A program made the translations under genes and the position numbers. From assembly GCA_964016885.1 (NCBI GenBank), contig OZ024745.1:3720001-3784000 (forward strand): a DNA stretch of 64,000 nucleotides, given 5' to 3'. Of the stretch, positions 40,301 to 54,420 are shown one piece after another. How positions within the stretch are numbered: the stretch's first letter is position 1; every line of letters starts with the position of its first letter. Below the pieces are notes generated by a model that ran no database searches, had not been told where the DNA came from, and worked only from the letters and a program-made list of their open reading frames with translations. The DNA comes from Eledone cirrhosa (Eukaryota).

Positions 40301-41620
40301 TAGTTCTAGTGTTCAGTCTAAACTACTAGAAACTGTTCTAACCTGTCACCTGTCCCTAGTTCTGGTGTTCAGACTAAAGTACTAGAAACTGTTCTAACCT
40401 GTCACCTGTCCCTAGTTCTGGTGTTCAGTCTAAACTACTAGAAACTGTTCTAACCTGTCACCTGTCCCTAGTTCTGGTGTTCAGTCTAAACTACTAGAAA
40501 CTGTTCTAACCTGTCACCTGTCCCTAGTTCTGGTGTTCAGTCTAAACTACTAGAAACTGTTCTAACCTGTCACCTGTCCCTAGTTCTGATGTTCAGTCTA
40601 AACTACTAGAAACTGTTAGAAGCTGTCACCTGTCCCTAGTTCTGGTGTTCAGTCTAAACTACTAGAAACTGTTATAACCTGTCACCTGTCCCTAGTTCTG
40701 GTGTTCAGTCTAAACTACTAGAAACTGTTCTAACCTGTCACCTGTCCCTAGTTCTGGTGTTCAGTCTAAACTACTAGAAACTGTTCTAACCTGTCACCTG
40801 TCCCTAGTTCTGGTGTTCAGTCTAAACTACTAGAAACTGTTCTAACCTGTCACCTGTTCCTAGTTCTGGTGTTCAGTCTAAACTACTAGAAACTGTTCTA
40901 ACCTGTCACCTGTCCCTAGTTCTGGTGTTCAGTCTAAACTACTAGAAACTGTTCTAACCCGTCACCTGTCCCTAGTTCTGGTGTTCAGTCTAAACTACTA
41001 GAAACTGTTAGAAGCTGTCACCTGTCCCTAGTTCTGGTGTTCAGTCTAAACTACTAGAAACTGTTATAACCTGTCACCTGTCCCTAGTTCTGGTGTTCAG
41101 TCTAAACTACTAGAAACTGTTATAACCTGTCACCTGTCCCTAGTTCTGGTGTTCAGTCTGAACTACTAGAAACTGTTATAACCTGTCACCTGTCCCTAGT
41201 TCTGGTGTTCAGTCTAAACTACTAGAAACTGTTCTAACCTGTCACCTGTCCCTAGTTCTGGTGTTCAGTCTAAACTACTAGAGACTGTTATAACCTGTCA
41301 CCTGTCCCTAGTTCTGGTGTTCAGTCTAAACTACTAGAGACTGTTATAACCTGTCACCTGTCCCTATTTCTGGTGTTCAGTCTAAACTACTAGAGACTGT
41401 TATAACCCGTCACCTGTCCCTAGTTCTGGTGTTCAGTTTAAACTACTAGAAACTGTTATAACCTGTCACCTGTCCCTAGTTCTGGTGTTCAGTCTAAACT
41501 ACTAGAAACTGTTATAACCTGTCACCTGTCCCTAGTTCTGGTGTTCAGTCTAAACTACTAGAGACTGTTATAACCTGTCACCTGTCCCTAGTTCTGGTGT
41601 TCAGTCTAAACTACTAGAAA
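25330..41620. repeat. 8149-bp (146-monomer) tandem duplication
   Basis: gccacctgtccata 27793->35942, aaacgactag 30901->39050, gtttaaac 33287->41436. 8149 = 146x56 - 4x7 + 1 (1-bp insertion ctaggttc near 33835). Confidence 0.9.
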
Positions 41621-44600
41621 CTGTTCTAACCTGTCACCTGTCCCTAGTTCTGGTGTTCAGTCTAAACTACTAGAAACTGTTCTAACCTGTCACCTGTCCC
41701 TAGTTCTGGTGTTCAGTCTAAACTACTAGAAACTGTTCTAACCTGTCACCTGTCCCTAGTTCTGATGTTCAGTCTAAAGTACTAGAAACTGTTAGAAGCT
41801 GTCACCTGTCCCTAGTTCTGGTGTTCAGTCTAAACTACTAGAAACTGTTATAACCTGTCACCTGTCCCTAGTTCTGGTGTTCAGTCTAAACTACTAGAAA
41901 CTGTTCTAACCTGTCACCTGTCCCTAGTTCTGGTGTTCAGTCTAAACTACTAGAAACTGTTCTAACCTGTCCCTAGTTCTGGTGTTCAGTCTAAACTACT
42001 AGAAACTGTTCTAACCTGTCACCTGTTCCTAGTTCTGGTGTTCAGTCTAAACTACTAGAAACTGTTCTAACCTGTCACCTGTCCCTAGTTCTGGTGTTCA
42101 GTCTAAACTACTAGAAACTGTTATAACCTGTCACCTGTCCCTAGTTCTGGTGTTCAGTCTGAACTACTAGAAACTGTTATAACCTGTCACCTGTCCCTAG
42201 TTCTGGTGTTCAGTCTAAACTACTAGAAACTGTTCTAACCTGTCACCTGTCCCTAGTTCTGGTGTTCAGTCTAAACTACTAGAGACTGTTATAACCTGTC
42301 ACCTGTCCCTAGTTCTGGTGTTCAGTCTAAACTACTAGAGACTGTTATAACCTGTCACCTGTCCCTAGTTCTGGTGTTCAGTCTAAACTACTAGAGACTG
42401 TTATAACCTGTCACCTGTCCCTAGTTCTGGTGTTCAGTCTAAACTACTAGAAACTGTTATAACCTGTCACCTGTCCCTATTTCTGGTGTTCAGTCTAAAC
42501 TACTAGAGACTGTTATAACCTGTCACCTGTCCCTAGTTCTGGTGTTCAGTCTAAACTACTAGAGACTGTTATAAGCTGTCACCTGTCCCTAGTTCTGGTG
42601 TTCAGTCTAAACTACTAGAGACTGTTATAACCTGTCACCTGTCCCTAGTTCTGGTGTTCAGTCTAAACTACTAGAAACTGTTATAACCTGTCACCTGTCC
42701 CTATTTCTGGTGTTCAGTCTAAACTACTAGAGACTGTTATAACCTGTCACCTGTCCCTAGTTCTGGTGTTCAGTCTAAACTACTAGAAACTGTTATAACC
42801 TGTCACCTGTCCCTAGTTCTGGTGTTCAGTCTAAACTACTAGAAACTGTTATAAGCTGTCACCTGTCCCTAGTTCTAGTGTTCAGTCTAAACTACTAGAA
42901 ACTGTTATAAGCTGTCACCTGTCCCTAGTTCTGGTGTTCAGTCTAAACTACTAGAGACTGTTATAACCTGTCACCTGTCCCTAGTTCTGGTGTTCAGTCT
43001 AAACTACTAGAGACTGTTATAACCTGTCAGCTGTCCCTAGTTCTGGTGTTCAGTCTAAACTACTAGAGACTGTTATAACCTGTCACCTGTCCCTAGTTCT
43101 GGTGTTCAGTCTAAACTACTAGAAACTGTTATAACCTGTCACCTGTCCCTATTTCTGGTGTTCAGTCTAAATTACTAGAAACTGTTATAAGCTGGCACCT
43201 GTCCCTAGTTCTGGTGTTCAGTCTAAACTACTAGAGACTGTTATAAGCTGTCACCTGTCCCTAGTTCTGGTGTTCAGTCTAAACTACTAGAGACTGTTAT
43301 AACCTGTCACTAGTTCTGGTGTTCAGTCTAAACTACTAGAAACTGTTATAACCTGTCACCTGTCCCAAATTCTGGTGGTCAGTCTAAACTACTAGAGACT
43401 GTTATAAGCTGTCACCTGTCCCTAGTTCTGGTGTTCAGTCTAAACTACTAGAGACTGTTATAAGCTGTCACCTGTCCCTAGTTCTGGTGTTCAGTCTAAA
43501 CTACTAGAGACTGTTATAACCTGTCACCTGTCCCTAGTTCTGGTGTTCAGTCTAAACTAATAGAAACTGTTATAACCTGTCACCTGTCCCTAGTTCTGGT
43601 GTTCAGTCTAAACTACTAGAGACTGTTATAACCTGTCACTAGTTCTGGTGTTCAGTCTAAACTACTAGAAACTGTTATAACCTGTCACCTGTCCCAAATT
43701 CTGGTGGTCAGTCTAAACTACTAGAGACTGTTATAAGCTGTCACCTGTCCCTAGTTCTGGTGTTCAGTCTAAACTACTAGAGACTGTTATAAGCTGTCAC
43801 CTGTCCCTAGTTCTGGTGTTCAGTCTAAACTACTAGAGACTGTTATAACCTGTCACCTGTTCCTAGTTCTGGTGTTCAGTCTAAACTACTAGAAACTGTT
43901 ATAACCTGTCACCTGTCCCTAGTTCTGGTGGTCAGTCTAAACTACTAGAAACTGTTATAACCTGTCACCTGTCCCTAGTTCTGGTGTTCAGTCTAAACTA
44001 CTAGAAACTGTTATAAGCTGTCACCTGTCCCTAGTTCTGGTGTTCAGTCTAAACTACTAGAAACTGTTATAACCTGTAACCTGTCCCTAGTTCTGGTGTT
44101 CAGTCTAAACTACTAGAAACTGTTATAAGCTGTCACCTGTCCCTGGTTCTGGTGTTCAGTCTAAACTACTAGAGACTGTTATTAGCTGTCACCTGTCCCT
44201 AGTTCTGGTGTTCAGTCTAAACTACTAGAGACTGTTATAACCTGTCACCTGTCCCTAGTTCTGGTGTTCAGTCTAAACTACTAGAAACTGTTATAAGCTG
44301 TCACCTGTCCCTAGTTCTGGTGTTCAGTCTAAACTACTAGAGACTGTTATAACCTGTCACCTGTCCCTAGTTCTGGTGTTCAGTCTAAACTACTAGAAAC
44401 TGTTATAAGCTGTCACCTGTCCCTATTTCTGGTGTTCAGTCTAAACTACTAGAAACTGTTATAAGCTGTCACCTGTCCCTAGTTCTGGTGTTCAGTCTAA
44501 ACTACTAGAGACTGTTATAACCTGTCACCTGTCCCTAGTTCTGGTGTTCAGTCTAAACTACTAGAAACTGTTATAAGCTGTCACCTGTCCCTATTTCTGG

Positions 44601-47600
44601 TGTTCAGTCTAAACTACTAGAAACTGTTATAAGCTGTCACCTGTCCCTAGTTCTGGTGTTCAGTCTAAACTACTAGAGACTGTTATAACCTGGCACCTGT
44701 CCCTAGTTCTGGTGTTCAGTCTAAACTACTAGAGACTGTTATAAGCTGTCACCTGTCCCTATTTCTGGTGTTCAGTCTAAACTACTAGAGACTGTTATAA
44801 CCCGTCACCTGTCCCTAGTTCTGGTGTTCAGTCTAAACTACTAGAAACTGTTATAAGCTGTCACCTGTCCCTAGTTCTGGTGTTCAGTCTGAACTACTAG
44901 AAACTGTTATAACCTGTCACCTGTCCCTAGTTCTGGTGTTCAGTCTAAACTACTAGAGACTGTTATAACCTGTCACCTGTCCCTAGTTCTGGTGTTCAGT
45001 CTAAACTACTAGAAACTGTTATAACCTGTCACCTGTCCCTAGTTCTGGTGTTCAGTCTAAACTACTAGAAACTGTTATAACCTGTCCCTAGTTCTGGTGT
45101 TCAGTCTAAACTACTAGAAACTGTTATAACCTGTCACCTGTCCCTAGTTCTGGTGTTCAGGCTAAACTACTAGAAACTGTTATAACCTGTCACCTGTCCC
45201 TAGTTCTGGTGTTCAGGCTAAACTACTAGAGACTGTTATAACCTGTCACCTGTCCCTAGTTCTGGTGTTCAGTCTAAACTACTAGAAACTGTTATAACCT
45301 GTCACCTGTCCCTAGTTCTGGTGTTCAGTCTAAACTACTAGAAACTGTTATAACCTGTCACCTGTCCCTAGTTCTGGTGTTCAGTCTAAACTACTAGAGA
45401 CTGTTATAACCTGTCACCTGTCCCTAGTTCTGGTGTTCAGTCTAAACTACTAGATACTGTTATAACCTGTCACCTGTCCCTAGTTCTGGTGTTCAGTCTA
45501 AACTACTAGAGACTGTTATAACCTGTCACCTGTCCCTAGTTCTAATGTTCAGTCTAAACTACTAGAGACTGTTATAAGCTGCCACCTGTCCATAGTTCTG
45601 GTGTTCAGTCTAAACTACTAGAGACTGTTATAAGCTGTCACCTGTCCCTAGTTCTGGTGTTCAGTCTAAACTACTAGAGACTGTTATAAGCTGTCACCTG
45701 TCCCTAGTTCTGGTGTTCAGGCTAAACTACTAGAGACTGTTATAACCCGTCACCTGTCCCTAGTTCTAGTGTTCAGTCTAAACTACTAGAGACTGTTATA
45801 ACCTGTCACCTCTCCCTAGTTCTAGTGTTCAGTCTAAACTACTAGAGACTGTTATAACCTGTCACCTGTCCCTAGTTCTGGTGTTCAGGCTAAACTACTA
45901 GAAACTGTTATAACCTGTCACCTGTCCCTAGTTCTGGTGTTCAGGCTAAACTACTAGAGACTGTTATAACCTGTCACCTGTCCCTAGTTCTAGTGTTCAG
46001 TCTAAACTACTAGAGACTGTTATAACCGGTCACCTGTCCCTAGTTCTGGTGTTCAGGCTAAACTACTAGAGACTGTTATAACCTGTCACCTGTCCCTAGT
46101 TCTAGTGTTCAGTCTAAACTACTAGAGACTGTTATAACCTGTCACCTGTCCCTAGTTCTGGTGTTCAGGCTAAACTACTAGAAACTGTTATAAGCTGTCA
46201 CCTGTCCCTAGTTCTGGTGTTCAGTCTGAACTACTAGAAACTGTTATAACCTGTCACCTGTCCCTAGTTCTGGTGTTCAGTCTAAACTACTAGAGACTGT
46301 TATAACCTGTCACCTGTCCCTAGTTCTGGTGTTCAGTCTAAACTAATAGAAACTATTATAATCTGTCACCTGTCCCTAGTTCTGGTGTTCAGTCTAAACT
46401 ACTAGAGACTGTTATAACCTGTCACCTGTCCCTAGTTCTGGTGTTCAGTCTAAACTAATAGAAACTGTTATAACCTGTCACCTGTCCCTAGTTCTAGTGT
46501 TCAGTCTAAACTACTAGAGACTGTTATAACCTGTCACCTGTCCCTAGTTCTGGTGTTCAGTCTAAACTACTAGAGACTGTTATAAGCTGTCACCTGTCCC
46601 TAGTTCTGGTGTTCAGTCTAAACTACTAGAGACTGTTATAAGCTGTCACCTGTCCCTAGTTCTAGTGTTCAGTCTAAACTACTAGAAACTGTTCTAACCT
46701 GTCACCTGTCCCTAGTTCTGGTGTTCAGACTAAAGTACTAGAAACTGTTCTAACCTGTCACCTGTCCCTAGTTCTGGTGTTCAGTCTAAACTACTAGAGA
46801 CTGTTATAACCTGGCACCTGTCCCTAGTTCTGGTGTTCAGTCTAAACTACTAGAGACTGTTATAAGCTGTCACCTGTCCCTATTTCTGGTGTTCAGTCTA
46901 AACTACTAGAGACTGTTATAACCCGTCACCTGTCCCTAGTTCTGGTGTTCAGTCTAAACTACTAGAAACTGTTATAAGCTGTCACCTGTCCCTAGTTCTG
47001 GTGTTCAGTCTAAACTACTAGAGACTGTTATAACCTGTCACCTGTCCCTAGTTCTGGTGTTCAGTCTAAACTACTAGAAACTGTTATAACCTGTCACCTG
47101 TCCCTATTTCTGGTGTTCAGTCTAAACTACTAGAAACTGTTATAAGCTGGCACCTGTCCCTAGTTCTGGTGTTCAGTCTAAACTACTAGAGACTGTTATA
47201 AGCTGTCACCTGTCCCTAGTTCTGGTGTTCAGTCTAAACTACTAGAGACTGTTATAACCTGTCACCTGTCCCTAGTTCTGGTGTTCAGTCTAAACTACTA
47301 GAAACTGTTATAACCTGTCACCTGTCCCTAGTTCTGGTGTTCAGTCTAAACTACTAGAAACTGTTATAAGCTGGCACCTGTCCCTAGTTCTGGTGTTCAG
47401 TCTAAACTACGAGAGACTGTTATAAGCTGTCACCTGTCACTAGTTCTGGTGTTCAGTCTAAACTACTAGAGACTGTTATAACCTGTCCCTAGTTCTGGTG
47501 TTCAGTCTAAACTACTAGAAACTGTTATAACCTGTCACCTGTCCCTATTTCTGGTGTTCAGTCTAAACTACTAGAAACTGTTATAAGCTGGCACCTGTCC

Positions 47601-50600
47601 CTAGTTCTGGTGTTCAGTCTAAACTACTAGAGACTGTTATAAGCTGTCACCTGTCCCTAGTTCTGGTGTTCAGTCTAAACTACTAGAGACTGTTATAACC
47701 TGTCACTAGTTCTGGTGTTCAGTCTAAACTACTAGAAACTGTTATAACCTGTCACCTGTCCCTAGTTCTGGTGTTCAGTCTAAACTACTAGAAACTGTTA
47801 TAACCTGTCACCTGTCCCTAGTTCCGGTGTTCAGTCTAAACTACTAGAGACTGTTATAACCTGTCACCTGTCCCTAGTTCTGGTGTTCAGGCTAAACTAC
47901 TAGAGACTGTTATAACCTGTCACCTGTCCCTAGTTCTAGTGTTCAGTCTAAACTACTAGAGACTGTTATAACCGGTCACCTGTCCCTAGTTCTGGTGTTC
48001 AGGCTAAACTACTAGAGACTGTTATAACCTGTCACCTGTCCCTAGTTCTAGTGTTCAGTCTAAACTACTAGAAACTGTTCTAACCTGTCACCTGTCCCTA
48101 GTTCTGGTGTTCAGACTAAAGTACTAGAAACTGTTCTAACCTGTCACCTGTCCCTAGTTCTGGTGTTCAGTCTAAACTACTAGAAACTGTTCTAACCTGT
48201 CACCTGTCCCTAGTTCTGGTGTTCAGTCTAAACTACTAGAAACTGTTCTAACCTGTCACCTGTCCCTAGTTCTGGTGTTCAGTCTAAACTACTAGAAACT
48301 GTTCTAACCTGTCACCTGTCCCTAGTTCTGATGTTCAGTCTAAACTACTAGAAACTGTTAGAAGCTGTCACCTGTCCCTAGTTCTGGTGTTCAGTCTAAA
48401 CTACTAGAAACTGTTATAACCTGTCACCTGTCCCTAGTTCTGGTGTTCAGTCTAAACTACTAGAAACTGTTCTAACCTGTCACCTGTCCCTAGTTCTGGT
48501 GTTCAGTCTAAACTACTAGAAACTGTTCTAACCTGTCACCTGTCCCTAGTTCTGGTGTTCAGTCTAAACTACTAGAAACTGTTCTAACCTGTCACCTGTT
48601 CCTAGTTCTGGTGTTCAGTCTAAACTACTAGAAACTGTTCTAACCTGTCACCTGTCCCTAGTTCTGGTGTTCAGTCTAAACTACTAGAAACTGTTCTAAC
48701 CCGTCACCTGTCCCTAGTTCTGGTGTTCAGTCTAAACTACTAGAAACTGTTAGAAGCTGTCACCTGTCCCTAGTTCTGGTGTTCAGTCTAAACTACTAGA
48801 AACTGTTATAACCTGTCACCTGTCCCTAGTTCTGGTGTTCAGTCTAAACTACTAGAAACTGTTATAACCTGTCACCTGTCCCTAGTTCTGGTGTTCAGTC
48901 TGAACTACTAGAAACTGTTATAACCTGTCACCTGTCCCTAGTTCTGGTGTTCAGTCTAAACTACTAGAAACTGTTCTAACCTGTCACCTGTCCCTAGTTC
49001 TGGTGTTCAGTCTAAACTACTAGAGACTGTTATAACCTGTCACCTGTCCCTAGTTCTGGTGTTCAGTCTAAACTACTAGAGACTGTTATAACCTGTCACC
49101 TGTCCCTATTTCTGGTGTTCAGTCTAAACTACTAGAGACTGTTATAACCCGTCACCTGTCCCTAGTTCTGGTGTTCAGTTTAAACTACTAGAAACTGTTA
49201 TAACCTGTCACCTGTCCCTAGTTCTGGTGTTCAGTCTAAACTACTAGAAACTGTTATAACCTGTCACCTGTCCCTAGTTCTGGTGTTCAGTCTAAACTAC
49301 TAGAGACTGTTATAACCTGTCACCTGTCCCTAGTTCTGGTGTTCAGTCTAAACTACTAGAAACTGTTCTAACCTGTCACCTGTCCCTAGTTCTGGTGTTC
49401 AGTCTAAACTACTAGAAACTGTTCTAACCTGTCACCTGTCCCTAGTTCTGGTGTTCAGTCTAAACTACTAGAAACTGTTCTAACCTGTCACCTGTCCCTA
49501 GTTCTGATGTTCAGTCTAAAGTACTAGAAACTGTTAGAAGCTGTCACCTGTCCCTAGTTCTGGTGTTCAGTCTAAACTACTAGAAACTGTTATAACCTGT
49601 CACCTGTCCCTAGTTCTGGTGTTCAGTCTAAACTACTAGAAACTGTTCTAACCTGTCACCTGTCCCTAGTTCTGGTGTTCAGTCTAAACTACTAGAAACT
49701 GTTCTAACCTGTCCCTAGTTCTGGTGTTCAGTCTAAACTACTAGAAACTGTTCTAACCTGTCACCTGTTCCTAGTTCTGGTGTTCAGTCTAAACTACTAG
49801 AAACTGTTCTAACCTGTCACCTGTCCCTAGTTCTGGTGTTCAGTCTAAACTACTAGAAACTGTTATAACCTGTCACCTGTCCCTAGTTCTGGTGTTCAGT
49901 CTGAACTACTAGAAACTGTTATAACCTGTCACCTGTCCCTAGTTCTGGTGTTCAGTCTAAACTACTAGAAACTGTTCTAACCTGTCACCTGTCCCTAGTT
50001 CTGGTGTTCAGTCTAAACTACTAGAGACTGTTATAACCTGTCACCTGTCCCTAGTTCTGGTGTTCAGTCTAAACTACTAGAGACTGTTATAACCTGTCAC
50101 CTGTCCCTAGTTCTGGTGTTCAGTCTAAACTACTAGAGACTGTTATAACCTGTCACCTGTCCCTAGTTCTGGTGTTCAGTCTAAACTACTAGAAACTGTT
50201 ATAACCTGTCACCTGTCCCTATTTCTGGTGTTCAGTCTAAACTACTAGAGACTGTTATAACCTGTCACCTGTCCCTAGTTCTGGTGTTCAGTCTAAACTA
50301 CTAGAGACTGTTATAAGCTGTCACCTGTCCCTAGTTCTGGTGTTCAGTCTAAACTACTAGAGACTGTTATAACCTGTCACCTGTCCCTAGTTCTGGTGTT
50401 CAGTCTAAACTACTAGAAACTGTTATAACCTGTCACCTGTCCCTATTTCTGGTGTTCAGTCTAAACTACTAGAGACTGTTATAACCTGTCACCTGTCCCT
50501 AGTTCTGGTGTTCAGTCTAAACTACTAGAAACTGTTATAACCTGTCACCTGTCCCTAGTTCTGGTGTTCAGTCTAAACTACTAGAAACTGTTATAAGCTG

Positions 50601-53600
50601 TCACCTGTCCCTAGTTCTAGTGTTCAGTCTAAACTACTAGAAACTGTTATAAGCTGTCACCTGTCCCTAGTTCTGGTGTTCAGTCTAAACTACTAGAGAC
50701 TGTTATAACCTGTCACCTGTCCCTAGTTCTGGTGTTCAGTCTAAACTACTAGAGACTGTTATAACCTGTCAGCTGTCCCTAGTTCTGGTGTTCAGTCTAA
50801 ACTACTAGAGACTGTTATAACCTGTCACCTGTCCCTAGTTCTGGTGTTCAGTCTAAACTACTAGAAACTGTTATAACCTGTCACCTGTCCCTATTTCTGG
50901 TGTTCAGTCTAAATTACTAGAAACTGTTATAAGCTGGCACCTGTCCCTAGTTCTGGTGTTCAGTCTAAACTACTAGAGACTGTTATAAGCTGTCACCTGT
51001 CCCTAGTTCTGGTGTTCAGTCTAAACTACTAGAGACTGTTATAACCTGTCACTAGTTCTGGTGTTCAGTCTAAACTACTAGAAACTGTTATAACCTGTCA
51101 CCTGTCCCAAATTCTGGTGGTCAGTCTAAACTACTAGAGACTGTTATAAGCTGTCACCTGTCCCTAGTTCTGGTGTTCAGTCTAAACTACTAGAGACTGT
51201 TATAAGCTGTCACCTGTCCCTAGTTCTGGTGTTCAGTCTAAACTACTAGAGACTGTTATAACCTGTCACCTGTCCCTAGTTCTGGTGTTCAGTCTAAACT
51301 AATAGAAACTGTTATAACCTGTCACCTGTCCCTAGTTCTGGTGTTCAGTCTAAACTACTAGAGACTGTTATAACCTGTCACTAGTTCTGGTGTTCAGTCT
51401 AAACTACTAGAAACTGTTATAACCTGTCACCTGTCCCAAATTCTGGTGGTCAGTCTAAACTACTAGAGACTGTTATAAGCTGTCACCTGTCCCTAGTTCT
51501 GGTGTTCAGTCTAAACTACTAGAGACTGTTATAAGCTGTCACCTGTCCCTAGTTCTGGTGTTCAGTCTAAACTACTAGAGACTGTTATAACCTGTCACCT
51601 GTTCCTAGTTCTGGTGTTCAGTCTAAACTACTAGAAACTGTTATAACCTGTCACCTGTCCCTAGTTCTGGTGGTCAGTCTAAACTACTAGAAACTGTTAT
51701 AACCTGTCACCTGTCCCTAGTTCTGGTGTTCAGTCTAAACTACTAGAAACTGTTATAAGCTGTCACCTGTCCCTAGTTCTGGTGTTCAGTCTAAACTACT
51801 AGAAACTGTTATAACCTGTAACCTGTCCCTAGTTCTGGTGTTCAGTCTAAACTACTAGAAACTGTTATAAGCTGTCACCTGTCCCTGGTTCTGGTGTTCA
51901 GTCTAAACTACTAGAGACTGTTATTAGCTGTCACCTGTCCCTAGTTCTGGTGTTCAGTCTAAACTACTAGAGACTGTTATAACCTGTCACCTGTCCCTAG
52001 TTCTGGTGTTCAGTCTAAACTACTAGAAACTGTTATAAGCTGTCACCTGTCCCTAGTTCTGGTGTTCAGTCTAAACTACTAGAGACTGTTATAACCTGTC
52101 ACCTGTCCCTAGTTCTGGTGTTCAGTCTAAACTACTAGAAACTGTTATAAGCTGTCACCTGTCCCTATTTCTGGTGTTCAGTCTAAACTACTAGAAACTG
52201 TTATAAGCTGTCACCTGTCCCTAGTTCTGGTGTTCAGTCTAAACTACTAGAGACTGTTATAACCTGTCACCTGTCCCTAGTTCTGGTGTTCAGTCTAAAC
52301 TACTAGAAACTGTTATAAGCTGTCACCTGTCCCTATTTCTGGTGTTCAGTCTAAACTACTAGAAACTGTTATAAGCTGTCACCTGTCCCTAGTTCTGGTG
52401 TTCAGTCTAAACTACTAGAGACTGTTATAACCTGGCACCTGTCCCTAGTTCTGGTGTTCAGTCTAAACTACTAGAGACTGTTATAAGCTGTCACCTGTCC
52501 CTATTTCTGGTGTTCAGTCTAAACTACTAGAGACTGTTATAACCCGTCACCTGTCCCTAGTTCTGGTGTTCAGTCTAAACTACTAGAAACTGTTATAAGC
52601 TGTCACCTGTCCCTAGTTCTGGTGTTCAGTCTGAACTACTAGAAACTGTTATAACCTGTCACCTGTCCCTAGTTCTGGTGTTCAGTCTAAACTACTAGAG
52701 ACTGTTATAACCTGTCACCTGTCCCTAGTTCTGGTGTTCAGTCTAAACTACTAGAAACTGTTATAACCTGTCACCTGTCCCTAGTTCTGGTGTTCAGTCT
52801 AAACTACTAGAAACTGTTATAACCTGTCCCTAGTTCTGGTGTTCAGTCTAAACTACTAGAAACTGTTATAACCTGTCACCTGTCCCTAGTTCTGGTGTTC
52901 AGGCTAAACTACTAGAAACTGTTATAACCTGTCACCTGTCCCTAGTTCTGGTGTTCAGGCTAAACTACTAGAGACTGTTATAACCTGTCACCTGTCCCTA
53001 GTTCTGGTGTTCAGTCTAAACTACTAGAAACTGTTATAACCTGTCACCTGTCCCTAGTTCTGGTGTTCAGTCTAAACTACTAGAAACTGTTATAACCTGT
53101 CACCTGTCCCTAGTTCTGGTGTTCAGTCTAAACTACTAGAGACTGTTATAACCTGTCACCTGTCCCTAGTTCTGGTGTTCAGTCTAAACTACTAGATACT
53201 GTTATAACCTGTCACCTGTCCCTAGTTCTGGTGTTCAGTCTAAACTACTAGAGACTGTTATAACCTGTCACCTGTCCCTAGTTCTAATGTTCAGTCTAAA
53301 CTACTAGAGACTGTTATAAGCTGCCACCTGTCCATAGTTCTGGTGTTCAGTCTAAACTACTAGAGACTGTTATAAGCTGTCACCTGTCCCTAGTTCTGGT
53401 GTTCAGTCTAAACTACTAGAGACTGTTATAAGCTGTCACCTGTCCCTAGTTCTGGTGTTCAGGCTAAACTACTAGAGACTGTTATAACCCGTCACCTGTC
53501 CCTAGTTCTAGTGTTCAGTCTAAACTACTAGAGACTGTTATAACCTGTCACCTCTCCCTAGTTCTAGTGTTCAGTCTAAACTACTAGAGACTGTTATAAC

Positions 53601-54420
53601 CTGTCACCTGTCCCTAGTTCTGGTGTTCAGGCTAAACTACTAGAAACTGTTATAACCTGTCACCTGTCCCTAGTTCTGGTGTTCAGGCTAAACTACTAGA
53701 GACTGTTATAACCTGTCACCTGTCCCTAGTTCTAGTGTTCAGTCTAAACTACTAGAGACTGTTATAACCGGTCACCTGTCCCTAGTTCTGGTGTTCAGGC
53801 TAAACTACTAGAGACTGTTATAACCTGTCACCTGTCCCTAGTTCTAGTGTTCAGTCTAAACTACTAGAGACTGTTATAACCTGTCACCTGTCCCTAGTTC
53901 TGGTGTTCAGGCTAAACTACTAGAAACTGTTATAAGCTGTCACCTGTCCCTAGTTCTGGTGTTCAGTCTGAACTACTAGAAACTGTTATAACCTGTCACC
54001 TGTCCCTAGTTCTGGTGTTCAGTCTAAACTACTAGAGACTGTTATAACCTGTCACCTGTCCCTAGTTCTGGTGTTCAGTCTAAACTAATAGAAACTGTTA
54101 TAATCTGTCACCTGTCCCTAGTTCTGGTGTTCAGTCTAAACTACTAGAGACTGTTATAACCTGTCACCTGTCCCTAGTTCTGGTGTTCAGTCTAAACTAA
54201 TAGAAACTGTTATAACCTGTCACCTGTCCCTAGTTCTAGTGTTCAGTCTAAACTACTAGAGACTGTTATAACCTGTCACCTGTCCCTAGTTCTGGTGTTC
54301 AGTTTAAACTACTAGAGACTGTTATAAGCTGTCACCTGTCCCTAGTTCTGGTGTTCAGTCTAAACTACTAGAGACTGTTATAAGCTGTCACCTGTCCCTA
54401 GTTCTAGTGTTCAGTCTAAA
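39220..54420. repeat. 7742-bp-offset (139-monomer) duplication (approx. 39220-46680 repeated at approx. 46960-54420)
   Basis: actacgagag 39669->47411, gtttaaac 41436->49178, aaattactag 43172->50914, cccaaatt 43367->51109, gccacctgtccata 45581->53323, aatctg 46361->54103. 7742 = 139x56 - 6x7. Confidence 0.9.
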
